DNA of 64,000 bases from Methylocystis sp. (GTDB taxonomy: Bacteria; Pseudomonadota; Alphaproteobacteria; Rhizobiales; Beijerinckiaceae), in contig PERY01000001.1 in NCBI GenBank assembly GCA_002929055.1, positions 88,855 through 152,854 of the forward strand, written 5' to 3'. This document shows positions 32,750 through 42,560 of the stretch, in pieces; position 1 is the first letter of the stretch; the number at the start of each line of letters is the position of its first letter. Under the pieces are notes generated by a model. It saw nothing but the letters and a program-made list of their open reading frames with translations, was not told the origin of the DNA and did not search any database. A program made the position numbers and the translations under genes.

Positions 32750-33841
32750 TCACAAATTGTGGTCCGCTGGCCGGCTGTGCCGCACCGCGTCATGGGGCCT
32801 GCTCGCATCCTCGCCTTCATTGGGGTTGGTCAACCCTAGCCAACGCATAAGGACAAGCGCCAGCGCCGACGCCGCAAAACACATGATCGTCGCGTAGAGC
32901 GTGCCGTTGCCGTTCCCTGTGAAAAGCAGATTGTCTGTGTTCATGCCGAAATAGCCGGTCACGAATGTCGCCGGCAGCAGCAGAATCGTGACGACGGTGA
33001 GCGCAAAAAGACGGTCATTGGTCTCCAGATTGAGAATCGCGTTCAGCTCGTCTTGCAGAAGACGCGCGCGCTCCTGAATGCTCGTCATCTCGCGCGCCAG
33101 CGACTCCGTGTGCTGCACGAGCCGGCTAGCTGTTTCACGAAGCGCATTGTCCGTCGCTTCGTCAGGATCGTCCTCTATGGCCTCCAATCTGGCGAGCGTG
33201 GAGACGAGGCCACCGACCTGACGGGAGAGGCGAACCGCGTCGCGTCTGGCCCGGCCGAGAAACGGTCGCGCCGCGCGCCCGCGCGAATCGATGATCAGGT
33301 CTTCGGCGTGATCGAACGCCGCGCCGATTTCCTGCGTCATGCGCACCATATCGTCGACCAGGGCGTTCGCCATGATCTCGAAGAGCGCAAAGGGCGATGC
33401 GGCGGCGACGCCCCGGCCGAGCGCGTTTCGGGTCGCCTCCACGCAGCTCATCGGGCTCCGTCGCGCCGTCACCAGAAAACTGTCTCCGATCGCGAAACGA
33501 ACATAATTGGTGTGGGCGACGGTGCCGGAAAGCGTGCGTTCATGGTCGAGCAGCGCGCCGCTGACGAGCCCTTCGGAATATTCGAGATATTGATGGTCGA
33601 CAGGATCGCGGAGCGCTTCCCGCGCGCTGTCGGAGAGCGCCTCGATCCGCCCGATGAGCGGCCGGGTGCGCACGTCGGTGAGGTCCATGTGCAGCCACAC
33701 AAAGCCCTCGCGCGGCTTTCCGAGGCTATCGAAGTCCTCAAAGCGGCCCGGCGAGGCGTAGCCCTGCGCGTCGAAGCGGATGATCCAGAGACAGCCGGGA
33801 ATGCCGGCGTCGAGAGCGTCTCTCAGGCGGTCAGGGGTCAT
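32750..33841 (-). CDS. CorA/ZntB family divalent cation transporter
   Basis: FVWLH, LLPATFVTGYFGMN, two C-terminal TM helices; start approximate. Confidence 0.88.
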   Translation of the reverse strand: MTPDRLRDALDAGIPGCLWIIRFDAQGYASPGRFEDFDSLGKPREGFVWLHMDLTDVRTRPLIGRIEALSDSAREALRDPVDHQYLEYSEGLVSGALLDHERTLSGTVAHTNYVRFAIGDSFLVTARRSPMSCVEATRNALGRGVAAASPFALFEIMANALVDDMVRMTQEIGAAFDHAEDLIIDSRGRAARPFLGRARRDAVRLSRQVGGLVSTLARLEAIEDDPDEATDNALRETASRLVQHTESLAREMTSIQERARLLQDELNAILNLETNDRLFALTVVTILLLPATFVTGYFGMNTDNLLFTGNGNGTLYATIMCFAASALALVLMRWLGLTNPNEGEDASRPHDAVRHSRPADHNL

Positions 33842-33918
33842 TTCGTTCCACTCGAAAGCTATGGCGACAGGGGCGCGCGCAAGCGTGACAAGGGGATGAC
33901 CGTCTAGGCTCTTGATCC

Positions 33919-34917
33919 CTACGTCATCACCACATTCACCGCGCTCTCCGGCAATTCCTTGCCAAAGCAGCGCTGGTAGAATTCCGCGACCAGCGGACGC
34001 TCCAGCTCGTCGCATTTGTTCAGGAAGGTGAGGCGGAAGGCGAAGCCGACATCGCCGAAAATCTCCGCGTTCTCGGCCCAGGTGATGACCGTGCGGGGGC
34101 TCATGACGGTCGAGAGGTCGCCGGCCATGAAGGCGTTGCGGGTGAGGTCGGCGACGCGCACCATCTTGTTGGCGATGTCGCGGCCTTCCTTGTTGGCGCC
34201 GTAGGACTTCACCTTGGAGACGACGATGTTGGTCTCGGCGTCATGCGGCAGATAGTTCAGCGTCGTCACGATGGACCAGCGGTCCATCTGCGCCTGATTG
34301 ATCTGCTGCACGCCGTGATAGAGGCCCGATGTGTCGCCGAGGCCGACGGTGTTCGCCGTGGCGAAGAGGCGGAAGGCGGGGTGCGGGCGAATCACGCGGT
34401 TCTGGTCGAGGAGCGTCAGGCGGCCCGAAACCTCCAGCACGCGCTGGATGACGAACATCACATCCGGGCGGCCGGCGTCATATTCGTCGAAGCAGAGCGC
34501 GACATTGTGCTGGACCGCCCAGGGCAGGATGCCGTCGCGGAATTCCGTCACCTGCTTGCCGTCCTTCAGCACGATCGCGTCCTTGCCGACGAGATCGATG
34601 CGGGAGATGTGGCTGTCGAGATTGACGCGCACGAAGGGCCAGTTGAGGCGGGCGGCGATCTGCTCGATATGGGTGGACTTGCCGGTGCCGTGATAGCCCG
34701 TGACCATCACGCGGCGGTTGCGCGCGAAGCCCGCGAGAATCGCGAGCGTCGTCTGGCGGTCGAAGAGATAGTCGGGGTCGAGGTCCGGCACATGCTCGCT
34801 GCGCTCGGAGAAAGCGGGTACCTCGAGGTCCGAGTCGATCCCGAAAACCTGGCGAGCCGAGACCTTCATGTCCGGCGTGCTGTCGAGGCGCGAGCCGGAT
34901 GTCATTGCTTCGACCAA
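33919..34917 (-). CDS. cobS: Cobaltochelatase AAA+ subunit CobS
   Basis: [45 protein letters not shown]. Confidence 0.95.
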   Translation of the reverse strand: MVEAMTSGSRLDSTPDMKVSARQVFGIDSDLEVPAFSERSEHVPDLDPDYLFDRQTTLAILAGFARNRRVMVTGYHGTGKSTHIEQIAARLNWPFVRVNLDSHISRIDLVGKDAIVLKDGKQVTEFRDGILPWAVQHNVALCFDEYDAGRPDVMFVIQRVLEVSGRLTLLDQNRVIRPHPAFRLFATANTVGLGDTSGLYHGVQQINQAQMDRWSIVTTLNYLPHDAETNIVVSKVKSYGANKEGRDIANKMVRVADLTRNAFMAGDLSTVMSPRTVITWAENAEIFGDVGFAFRLTFLNKCDELERPLVAEFYQRCFGKELPESAVNVVMT

Positions 34918-34965
34918 AATCGTCCTCCGTCTGGCGGGGCGGTAATTCGCGCGCGACGCTGAGCG

Positions 34966-35565
34966 TCAGACGAGCCGCGCGGCCCTCAGCGTCTTATACG
35001 CATGAATGATCTCCCGCAATTTTTCCTCGCGGGAGCGATCGCCGCCATTGGCGTCGGGGTGGTGGCGCTTTACGAGTTCCTTGTAACGCGTCCGGATCGC
35101 CTCCGGCCCGGCGGCGTCGTCGAATCCAAGCGCGGCGAGGGCGCGCATCGTGACGGGCGAATAGCGCGGCTCGCGCTTGGGCTGGGCCGGGCGCCGGTGC
35201 ATTTTCGCGCGGTTCATGCCAAGCGGGTCGGCGGTCGGCCCGCCCTCCTCGCGAAAGCCGGTCTGGCCCCGGCGCGTGCCCATCGACCAGGTCGGGCGGT
35301 GGCCCACCGTCGCGTCCTTCATGTAACGGGCGACGTCGGCGTCCTTCATCCCGTTGAAATAATTGTAGGTTGCGTTGTATTCGCGGACGTGGTCGAGACA
35401 GAAGCAGAAATATTGCCCCTCGCGCAGCCGCCCCATGGGGGCGCGAAACGCGCCTTCAGCCTCGCAGCCGGGCGAATCGCATCTGATCCCGCCCTCGCGT
35501 TTCTTCTCTTCGCGCGGCTCACGCTGCGTCCGGATGCGGTCGAAGAGGGGGGAGTTCAGGTTCAT
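34966..35565 (-). CDS. J-domain (DnaJ-like) protein
   Basis: Cys motif FCLDHVREYN, C-terminal HPDANGG; conserved position upstream of cobS. Confidence 0.9.
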   Translation of the reverse strand: MNLNSPLFDRIRTQREPREEKKREGGIRCDSPGCEAEGAFRAPMGRLREGQYFCFCLDHVREYNATYNYFNGMKDADVARYMKDATVGHRPTWSMGTRRGQTGFREEGGPTADPLGMNRAKMHRRPAQPKREPRYSPVTMRALAALGFDDAAGPEAIRTRYKELVKRHHPDANGGDRSREEKLREIIHAYKTLRAARLV

Positions 35566-35688
35566 TGCGTTCCATTATGATGGCGACGCGCCCCGCCGCA
35601 AGCATTGACAGCGCTGATTTTTTTCTGCGCCAAATCTTGCAAGAGCGGCGCCCGGGGCGCACGCGCCCGCGACAAGAGAGGACCGACT

Positions 35689-35985
35689 ATGGCGGATCAG
35701 GGTAAAGGACCTGTGGCGGCGAGCATCGAGAAGAAACTGACCGAGAGTCTCGCGCCGGTTTCCCTCACTGTGATCGACGAATCGCATCACCACGCCGGCC
35801 ACGGCCACCCCGGCGACAAGCGCCACGGCAATGAAAGCCACTTCCGCGTCGAGGTCGTGAGCGCCGCCTTCGCGGGCAAGAGCCGGGTCGAGCGCCACCG
35901 CATGGTCAACGCCGCGCTGGCGCAGGAGATCGCCGAAGGCGTTCATGCGCTCGCCATCGGGGCCAGGGCGCCGGGGGAGGCCTAG
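35689..35985 (+). CDS. bolA: BolA family protein
   Basis: DESHHHAGH, ESHFRV, SRVERHRMV, VHALAI. Confidence 0.92.
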   Translation: MADQGKGPVAASIEKKLTESLAPVSLTVIDESHHHAGHGHPGDKRHGNESHFRVEVVSAAFAGKSRVERHRMVNAALAQEIAEGVHALAIGARAPGEA

Positions 35986-35989
35986 CGGC

Positions 35990-36997
35990 TCACGCCGGCC
36001 CCCATCGCCGCGCGAGCCAGCCCGCCGTCACAAGGTCGTGCCAGGCGACGGCGCTGCCCCGCCCGTGGAACCCCAGATGGCCACCGCCCGGGGAGAAGGC
36101 CGTCTCTATGGGAGCGAGGCCCGCCCAGTCTACCGCGTCATAGCCGCTCGCCGGAATCCATGGATCGTCCATCGCATGCACGAGCAGCGTCGGGCGGTCT
36201 ATGCCGCGCAGATAATTGCGGGCGGCGCTCTGCGCGTAATAGTCGTCGGCGCCGCGAAAGCCGAAGGCGGGCGCGACGAAGCGGTCGTCGAATTCGTAGA
36301 TGGACCGCGCGTCCGCGATCGCCGCTGTCTGCGCGGTCGAGAGCGCCGCCCCCGGCGCCAGCGCCTCGTGCTTGAGCTCGGCCAGGAGATAGCGGTGGTA
36401 GGGGAGATTGCGCGACGCCATGATCCGCGCGCTGGCGGCCGCAAGGTCGATCGGCGTCGAAACGGCGACGGCGCCCAGCACCGGCGCAACATGGCCGCCC
36501 GCGCCCGGTTCGCCCATGAATTTCAGGACAAGATTGCCGCCGAGCGAATGCCCGATCAGGACAACGCCCTGACGGAGGCGTTCATCCGGCAATTGGCGCA
36601 GCGCCGCCGCGAGGTCTTCGGTCTTGCCGGCGTGGTAGCGGCCCTGCGAGGTCGGGCGCGAAGGCGCGGAGCCGCGCAGATTGAGACGGACGACCGACCA
36701 GCCTTCTCTCACCAGATGGCCGGCCGTCTTCATGACGTTGACGCTCGCCTCCGAGCCGGTGAGCCCGTGCACGAGAACGACGAGCGGCCGCGCCGACCCT
36801 TGCGTGGGGAGATCGAGCCGCGCCGCCAGCCGGTCGCCGTCCGGCATTTCGAGCAGCAGGCGCTCGCCGCCGGGCAGCTCCTGCGGCCGGGGGAGCAGCA
36901 GATTGCGGATGGTCTGGAGATCGGCGCCCCACCAGGGCGCGCGCTCCTCGAACGGCGGCGGGAAAGGCGAGGGGATAGACGGAATGTCCATGGACAT
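35990..36997 (-). CDS. YheT-family alpha/beta hydrolase
   Basis: DLQT, HGLTGS, GHSLGG nucleophile elbow, HAMDDPW, GGHLGF. Confidence 0.88.
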   Translation of the reverse strand: MSMDIPSIPSPFPPPFEERAPWWGADLQTIRNLLLPRPQELPGGERLLLEMPDGDRLAARLDLPTQGSARPLVVLVHGLTGSEASVNVMKTAGHLVREGWSVVRLNLRGSAPSRPTSQGRYHAGKTEDLAAALRQLPDERLRQGVVLIGHSLGGNLVLKFMGEPGAGGHVAPVLGAVAVSTPIDLAAASARIMASRNLPYHRYLLAELKHEALAPGAALSTAQTAAIADARSIYEFDDRFVAPAFGFRGADDYYAQSAARNYLRGIDRPTLLVHAMDDPWIPASGYDAVDWAGLAPIETAFSPGGGHLGFHGRGSAVAWHDLVTAGWLARRWGPA

Positions 36998-37008
36998 GCG
37001 GCGGTCGC

Positions 37009-37245
37009 CTAGCCGAAGACCTCCACCTCCTCGCCCTTCTCCAGCCGGTCGATGATGGCGCGGCAGGCGGGGCTGAGCTTGTTCTTGTGGCGGGCGAGGC
37101 AGGCCTGCATCGGCGCGCCATAGCCGACGCCCTCGCAATGGGCCTTGCCGTCCGCGCCGCAGTCGCGGATGACGGCGCGGAGCCCGACCGCCGAGGCGGG
37201 CGTGGCGGCGAGAAGGAAAATGATTCCGGCGAGGATCGGTTTCAC
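37009..37245 (-). CDS. Small secreted cysteine-rich-repeat protein
   Basis: GTG start after GGAG; signal peptide; C-x2-D-x4-C ... CL-x6-LSPAC pattern. Confidence 0.7.
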   Translation of the reverse strand: MKPILAGIIFLLAATPASAVGLRAVIRDCGADGKAHCEGVGYGAPMQACLARHKNKLSPACRAIIDRLEKGEEVEVFG

Positions 37246-37268
37246 GCTTGTCTCCCAAAAAGCTCCGT

Positions 37269-37565
37269 TCAGGAACGTAGGGGCGCGCCGCCCGCGTCGC
37301 AATCGACCTCCGTCACTTCGTCGCCCAGCTCGACGCGGGCGTGGGCCAGCGAGCCGTCGTCGCGGTAGGAATAATGGTGGGAGAGCTCCACCTCGCCATA
37401 GACGAGCTTCTCGCAGGTCGCGATCCGCCCGGCCGAATCATAGGTCACGCGGAAATAGGTGTTGCGGTTGCCAAGCTCATCGGCCGCCAGCGGCTCCAAC
37501 AGCTTCAGCGGCATGCGCACGCCGCTGTAGGTGAGGAAATATTTGTAGTCCGTCGCCTGCGTCAT
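37269..37565 (-). CDS. Conserved hypothetical protein (DUF6156-like)
   Basis: YFLTYSGVRMPLKL ... NRNTYFR ... KLVYGEVEL-H-Y-Y; family assignment from memory. Confidence 0.65.
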   Translation of the reverse strand: MTQATDYKYFLTYSGVRMPLKLLEPLAADELGNRNTYFRVTYDSAGRIATCEKLVYGEVELSHHYSYRDDGSLAHARVELGDEVTEVDCDAGGAPLRS

Positions 37566-37718
37566 GGCGCGCTTCTCCCGTTTTTCCTTATCCGCCTTCC
37601 TTAGAAAAAATCGCGCCAGCGCCGATCCGGCATGGCGCTTGCGCAAAGCGCTCCGAACGGCCCGCAAGCGGGTCCGGTTTGTCGCATCCGCGACAGAAAC
37701 CCAGGAGGAGTGCGAGAA

Positions 37719-38183
37719 ATGAGACTAGCCGAAGCCTACGCCGGCGCGACGCAAGAACAGATCGAGGCGGCCCTCGCCGGCGGCAAGCTGATCCTCTATT
37801 CCGTCGGCCGTCCGCCGTCTCCGGACCACCCCGTCACACGCAGCTCGGTTCTCGCCGAATATGTCTTCGCGAGCCCCGCTTTCGACGACGCCAGGGCGCC
37901 GGCCTTCGCGGAAAATCCCGTCGAAGCGAAGCATGTCGGAACGCCGGGCTGGGCGCGCGCGTTTTCCGCGGACGGCGCCGTCGTCGCGGATTTCTCGGCG
38001 GGTTCGGGCGCGACGGAGATCAAGCTCGACGGAATCTCGGCGACGCCGGGCTATCCGCTGAGGGCGACGTCGCTGAACATCGCGCTGCCTGCGGAGGCCG
38101 CGACCTTCGACAAGACCGGGTTCGGCCATGTCTTCGTGACCAGTTCGGACAACGCCTATCGCAAGCTCTCCGTGCGCGGGTGA
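37719..38183 (+). CDS. Hypothetical protein resembling small phage virion/tail-associated proteins
   Basis: AGGAGGAG RBS; GGKLILYS-G-PP ... LAEYVF-SPAF ... GTPGWAR ... G-VVADFS-G. Confidence 0.6.
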   Translation: MRLAEAYAGATQEQIEAALAGGKLILYSVGRPPSPDHPVTRSSVLAEYVFASPAFDDARAPAFAENPVEAKHVGTPGWARAFSADGAVVADFSAGSGATEIKLDGISATPGYPLRATSLNIALPAEAATFDKTGFGHVFVTSSDNAYRKLSVRG

Positions 38184-38268
38184 TCCTGACGGGCGTCTTG
38201 ACGATTTGACGACGAGAGCGTAGCGCGGGACGACCTTTGGCGTCCCGCCGCTACCATCAGGACATCCC

Positions 38269-39432
38269 ATGGCTACGACCAAGCCCGGCGCAAAGCCGGC
38301 CAATCCGCGATTCTCTTCCGGCCCCTGCGCCAAGCGCCCCGGCTGGTCGCTGGAGAATCTGAAAGGCGCGGCGCTCGGGCGCTCGCATCGCTCAAAGGCG
38401 GGCAAAGCCAAGCTCAAGCAGGCGATCGACCTCACCCGACAGGTTCTGCGCGTGCCGGCGGATTACCGCATCGGCATCGTCCCGGCGTCCGACACGGGCG
38501 CGGTGGAGATGGCGCTGTGGTCGCTGCTCGGCCCGCGCGGCGTCGACGTCGCGGCATGGGAGAGCTTCTCGGCCGACTGGGTGACCGACGTCGTCAAGCA
38601 GCTGAAGCTTGCGGATGCGCGAACCTTCACCGCGCCCTTCGGCGAGCTGCCGGATCTCTCGCAGATCAATTTCGACAATGACTTCGTCTTCGCCTGGAAC
38701 GGCACCACGGCGGGCGTGCGCGTGCCCAACGCGGACTTCATTCCCGCGGACCGCAAGGGGCTCGCGATCTGCGACGCGACTTCGGCCGCCTTCGCGCAGA
38801 ACCTGGACTTCGCCAAGCTCGATGTGACCACCTACAGCTGGCAGAAGGTGATGGGCGGCGAGGCGGCGCATGGCATGCTCATTCTCTCGCCGCGCGCCGT
38901 GGAGCGGCTCGAGAGCTATGCGCCGGCCTGGCCATTGCCGAAGATTTTCCGCCTCACCTCGAAGGGCAAGCTGATCGAGGGGATTTTCGAGGGCGACACG
39001 ATCAACACGCCCTCGCTCCTTTGCGTCGAGGACTATATCGACACGCTGACATGGGCGACATCCATCGGCGGGCTCGACGCGCTGATGGGGCGTTGCGACG
39101 CCTCGGCCAGGGTCGTCGCGGACTGGGTGGCGAGAACCCCCTGGATCGACCATCTCGCGAAAAACCCCGCGACGCGCTCCAACACCGGCGTCTGCCTCGT
39201 CTTCACCGACGAAGGCGCGGCGAAGTCCGCCGAAGAGAAGGCGGCGCTCGCAAGGAAGATGGTCGCCCTGATCGAGGCCGAGGGCGCAGGTTACGACTTC
39301 GGCGCCTATCGCGACGCGCCTTCCGGCTTCCGCATCTGGTGCGGCGCGACGGTCGAGGCCTCCGACGTCGCGATCCTGACGCAATGGCTCGACTGGGCCT
39401 ATGCCGAGGCGACGGCCGCAGTGGCGGCATAG
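38269..39432 (+). CDS. serC: Phosphoserine aminotransferase (alphaproteobacterial type)
   Basis: [38 protein letters not shown]. Confidence 0.95.
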   Translation: MATTKPGAKPANPRFSSGPCAKRPGWSLENLKGAALGRSHRSKAGKAKLKQAIDLTRQVLRVPADYRIGIVPASDTGAVEMALWSLLGPRGVDVAAWESFSADWVTDVVKQLKLADARTFTAPFGELPDLSQINFDNDFVFAWNGTTAGVRVPNADFIPADRKGLAICDATSAAFAQNLDFAKLDVTTYSWQKVMGGEAAHGMLILSPRAVERLESYAPAWPLPKIFRLTSKGKLIEGIFEGDTINTPSLLCVEDYIDTLTWATSIGGLDALMGRCDASARVVADWVARTPWIDHLAKNPATRSNTGVCLVFTDEGAAKSAEEKAALARKMVALIEAEGAGYDFGAYRDAPSGFRIWCGATVEASDVAILTQWLDWAYAEATAAVAA

Positions 39433-39439
39433 GAGCGTC

Positions 39440-41026
39440 ATGCCCCCCCGCGTGCTCATCTCCGATTCCCTCTCCCCCGCCGCCGTCGATATTTTCCGCG
39501 CGCGGGGGGTCGAGGTCGATTTCGAGCCCGCGCTCGGCAAGGACAAGGAGAAGCTGGCCGCCGCGATCGGAGCCTATGACGGCCTCGCCATCCGCTCGGC
39601 GACGAAGGTGACCGCGGAAATCCTCGCGAAGGCCGACCGGCTGAAGGTGATCGGCCGCGCCGGCATCGGCGTCGACAATGTCGACATTCCCGCGGCGACG
39701 GCGCGCGGCGTCATCGTCATGAACACGCCCTTCGGCAATTCGGTGACGACAGCGGAACACGCCATCGCGCTGATGTTCGCGCTCGCCCGCGAAATTCCTG
39801 CCGCCGACGCCTCGACCCAGGCCGGCAAGTGGGAGAAGAACCGCTTCATGGGCGTCGAGATCACCGGCAAGACGCTGGGCGTCATCGGCTGCGGCAATAT
39901 CGGCGCGATCGTCGCCGACCGGGCGCTGGGCCTGAAGATGCGCGTTCTGGCCTTCGACCCCTTCCTGACGCCGGAGCGCGCGCTCGCGCTCGGCGTCGAG
40001 AAGGTCGACTATGACGAGCTTCTCGGGCGCGCGGATTTCATCACCATCCACACGCCGCTGACGGCGCAGACGAAGAACATTCTCTCGGTCGAAGCCATCG
40101 CGAAGACCCGCAGGGGCGTGCGCATCATCAATTGCGCGCGCGGCGGGCTCGTGGACGAAGCCGCGTTGGTGAAGGCGCTGGACGACGGCCATGTGGCGGG
40201 CGCGGCGCTGGACGTTTTCGCGGTCGAGCCTGCGACCGGGAACCCGCTCTTTGGCCGCGCCAATGTCGTCTGCACGCCGCATCTGGGCGCCTCGACGACC
40301 GAGGCGCAGGAAAAGGTCGCGCTGCAGGTCGCCGAGCAGATGTCGGATTATCTGACGCGCGGCGCTATCACCAACGCCGTGAACTTCCCCTCCATCACGG
40401 CGGAGGAAGCGCCCCGTCTCAAGCCCTTCGTCGCGCTCGGCGAGAAACTCGGCCTTTTCGTCGGCCAGGTCGCGCGCTCCGGCGTCACGACGCTCTCGAT
40501 CGTCTTCGAGGGCGCCATCGCCCAGCAAAAGACCAAGGCCGTCACGGCGGCCGCGCTCTCCGGCCTGCTCAAGCCGATCCTCGAAGATGTGAACCCCGTC
40601 TCCGCGCCCGTGATCGCCAGGGAGCGCGGCCTCGCCGTGGAGGAAGTGATCCGCGAAGCGCAAAGCGGTTATGAATCGCTCGTCACCCTGGTCGCCAGAA
40701 CGGCCGAGGACGAGATCAGGATCGCGGGCACGGTCTTCGACGACGGCAAGCCGCGAATCATGCGAATCGGCGACATTGGCGTCGACGCCGAATTCGCGCC
40801 CTCGATGATCTACACGCAGAATGAGGACCGGCCCGGCTTCATCGGGCGATTCGCCGGCGTGCTCGGCGAGGCGCAGGTCAACATCGCCACTTTCGCGCTC
40901 GGCCGCGACGCGCCCGGCGGCTGCGCCATTGCGCTGGTCGCGGTGGATGGCGCGCTGCCGGAGGACGCGCTTGCGTCGATTCGCGCCCTGCCGGGCGTCA
41001 AGCGGGCGGCGACGCTAAAATTCTAG
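39440..41026 (+). CDS. serA: D-3-phosphoglycerate dehydrogenase
   Basis: GRAGIGVDNVD, GCGNIG, INCARGG, TPHLGAST, C-terminal ACT domain. Confidence 0.96.
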   Translation: MPPRVLISDSLSPAAVDIFRARGVEVDFEPALGKDKEKLAAAIGAYDGLAIRSATKVTAEILAKADRLKVIGRAGIGVDNVDIPAATARGVIVMNTPFGNSVTTAEHAIALMFALAREIPAADASTQAGKWEKNRFMGVEITGKTLGVIGCGNIGAIVADRALGLKMRVLAFDPFLTPERALALGVEKVDYDELLGRADFITIHTPLTAQTKNILSVEAIAKTRRGVRIINCARGGLVDEAALVKALDDGHVAGAALDVFAVEPATGNPLFGRANVVCTPHLGASTTEAQEKVALQVAEQMSDYLTRGAITNAVNFPSITAEEAPRLKPFVALGEKLGLFVGQVARSGVTTLSIVFEGAIAQQKTKAVTAAALSGLLKPILEDVNPVSAPVIARERGLAVEEVIREAQSGYESLVTLVARTAEDEIRIAGTVFDDGKPRIMRIGDIGVDAEFAPSMIYTQNEDRPGFIGRFAGVLGEAQVNIATFALGRDAPGGCAIALVAVDGALPEDALASIRALPGVKRAATLKF

Positions 41027-41210
41027 ATGCCTTACTGTTGCATGTCTGCAACGCCCGCGCGGAAACGCGCGGATCGCGTATGCCCGCCTTGCTTCGAGCT
41101 TGCGAAGCCCGCGCGCCTGCGAGACTAATCGTCGCAATGTCATGTCGGCGCCACGGATTCGGCGGCGCGGGCGCGGGTATTTTTTTCCAGCCATCGAACA
41201 AGGGATTCTC

Positions 41211-41816
41211 ATGCGACGGCTCGTCCTTGCATCGCTCTGCATTCTCGCCGGCGCCGGCGCTCTCTCGACGCAGGCGCAAAGCGCCACACAGGCGCCGGTC
41301 GATCCGTTGATGGAGCTTTTCGGCGGCGCGCCCGCAGCGGCGCCGTCCGGCGCGCAGGGCCGCCCGCAGGCGGTCGCCATCCCGCGCGAGACCGTCGCCT
41401 TCGACGCGAAATATGCTCCCGGGACGGTGGTCATCAACACCAGCGAGCGTCGTCTCTACTACGTTCTGGGCAACGGCCAGGCTGTCCGCTACGGCGTCGG
41501 CGTAGGCCGTCCCGGCTTCGAATGGGCGGGCACCCGCTTCATCTCCAGCAAGCGCGAGTGGCCGGACTGGACGCCGCCCTCGCAGATGCTCAAGCGCCGC
41601 CCCGACCTGCCGCGCCACATGGAAGGCGGCGTCAACAATCCGCTCGGCGCGCGCGCCATGTATCTCTCCGGGACGCTCTACCGCATCCACGGCTCCAACG
41701 AGCCGGAGACGATCGGCCAGGCCGTGTCCTCGGGCTGCATCCGCATGACCAATGACGACGTGACGGATTTGTATGATCGTGTCAGGGTCGGCACCCGGGT
41801 TGTGGTGACGCGCTGA
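41211..41816 (+). CDS. L,D-transpeptidase (YkuD/ErfK family)
   Basis: Signal peptide; NPLGARAMYL, YRIHGSN ... SSGCIRM. Confidence 0.93.
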   Translation: MRRLVLASLCILAGAGALSTQAQSATQAPVDPLMELFGGAPAAAPSGAQGRPQAVAIPRETVAFDAKYAPGTVVINTSERRLYYVLGNGQAVRYGVGVGRPGFEWAGTRFISSKREWPDWTPPSQMLKRRPDLPRHMEGGVNNPLGARAMYLSGTLYRIHGSNEPETIGQAVSSGCIRMTNDDVTDLYDRVRVGTRVVVTR

Positions 41817-41842
41817 GCGCGCGTTGCTGTCAGGAATTTGAG

Positions 41843-41873
41843 CGGTCGGCCGTTGCGCCGGCCGTTTTCTTTT
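41843..41873 (+). terminator. Probable rho-independent terminator
   Basis: CGGTCGGC ... GCCGGCCG followed by TTTTCTTTT. Confidence 0.55.
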
Positions 41874-41884
41874 GAAGCGTTTAT

Positions 41885-41995
41885 TCCTTCTCCCGCGAGC
41901 GGGAGAAGGTGTCGCCGCGCAGCGGTGACGGATGAGGGCCCTCACCCGACCCTCGCTCACGCGAGGGCCACCCTCTCCCGCAAGCGGGAGAGGGA
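41885..41995. repeat. REP/RIME-like palindromic intergenic element of alphaproteobacteria
   Basis: Two hairpins, CCTTCTCCCGC..GCGGGAGAAGG (41886-41909) and CCCTCTCCCGC-aa-GCGGGAGAGGG (41971-41994), around a GGATGAGGG/CCCTCACCC core; the whole element is inverted-repeat symmetric. Confidence 0.8.
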
Positions 41996-41997
41996 AC

Positions 41998-42372
41998 TCA
42001 CGCCTCCCCCGGGCGATCCCGATCTAGCCCCTTCGCCTTCAGCTCTTCCAGATAGCCCGCGAAGCTCGCCTCCGCCGTCGCGCCGAGCTGGCGCAGATAG
42101 CGCCATGTGTAGATGCCCGTCCGGTGCATGTCGTCGAAATCGAGCTTCACGGCGTAATTGCCCACCGGCGCCACCGCGATTATCGCGACATTGCGCTTGC
42201 CGCCCACCGTCTTCTGGTCGGCGGGCGAATGGCCCTGCACCTCGGCGCTGGGGCTGCGCACCCGGAGCAATTCCGCCGTCATGGTGAAACTCTCGCCGTC
42301 GTCGAAGGCGACGCGCAGATTTTTGCCATTGTCGAGAAGGCGGATTTCGGTGGGCCAGGGGTCGGCGGTCAA
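41998..42372 (-). CDS. DUF971 (gamma-butyrobetaine hydroxylase N-terminal-like) protein
   Basis: AELLRV-SPSAEVQGH, VGNYAV, FDDMH-TGIYTW; TTG start after GGAG. Confidence 0.88.
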   Translation of the reverse strand: MTADPWPTEIRLLDNGKNLRVAFDDGESFTMTAELLRVRSPSAEVQGHSPADQKTVGGKRNVAIIAVAPVGNYAVKLDFDDMHRTGIYTWRYLRQLGATAEASFAGYLEELKAKGLDRDRPGEA

Positions 42373-42560
42373 GTTGGGCTCCTGCGGGTTCGCGCGGCGT
42401 CGCCAGTCTTCTATACGCCAATCTGAAAATTGGGCAGTCCGGCGATCGGCCATCGGGATTCCCGATGAGGGCATGGAATTGCTCGGGCTTCACGTCCGCC
42501 TTTCGCAGCAATATATGAGAAGCCAAGGCGGCGATCGTCCGCCTGCAGGAAGCGCCCAAA

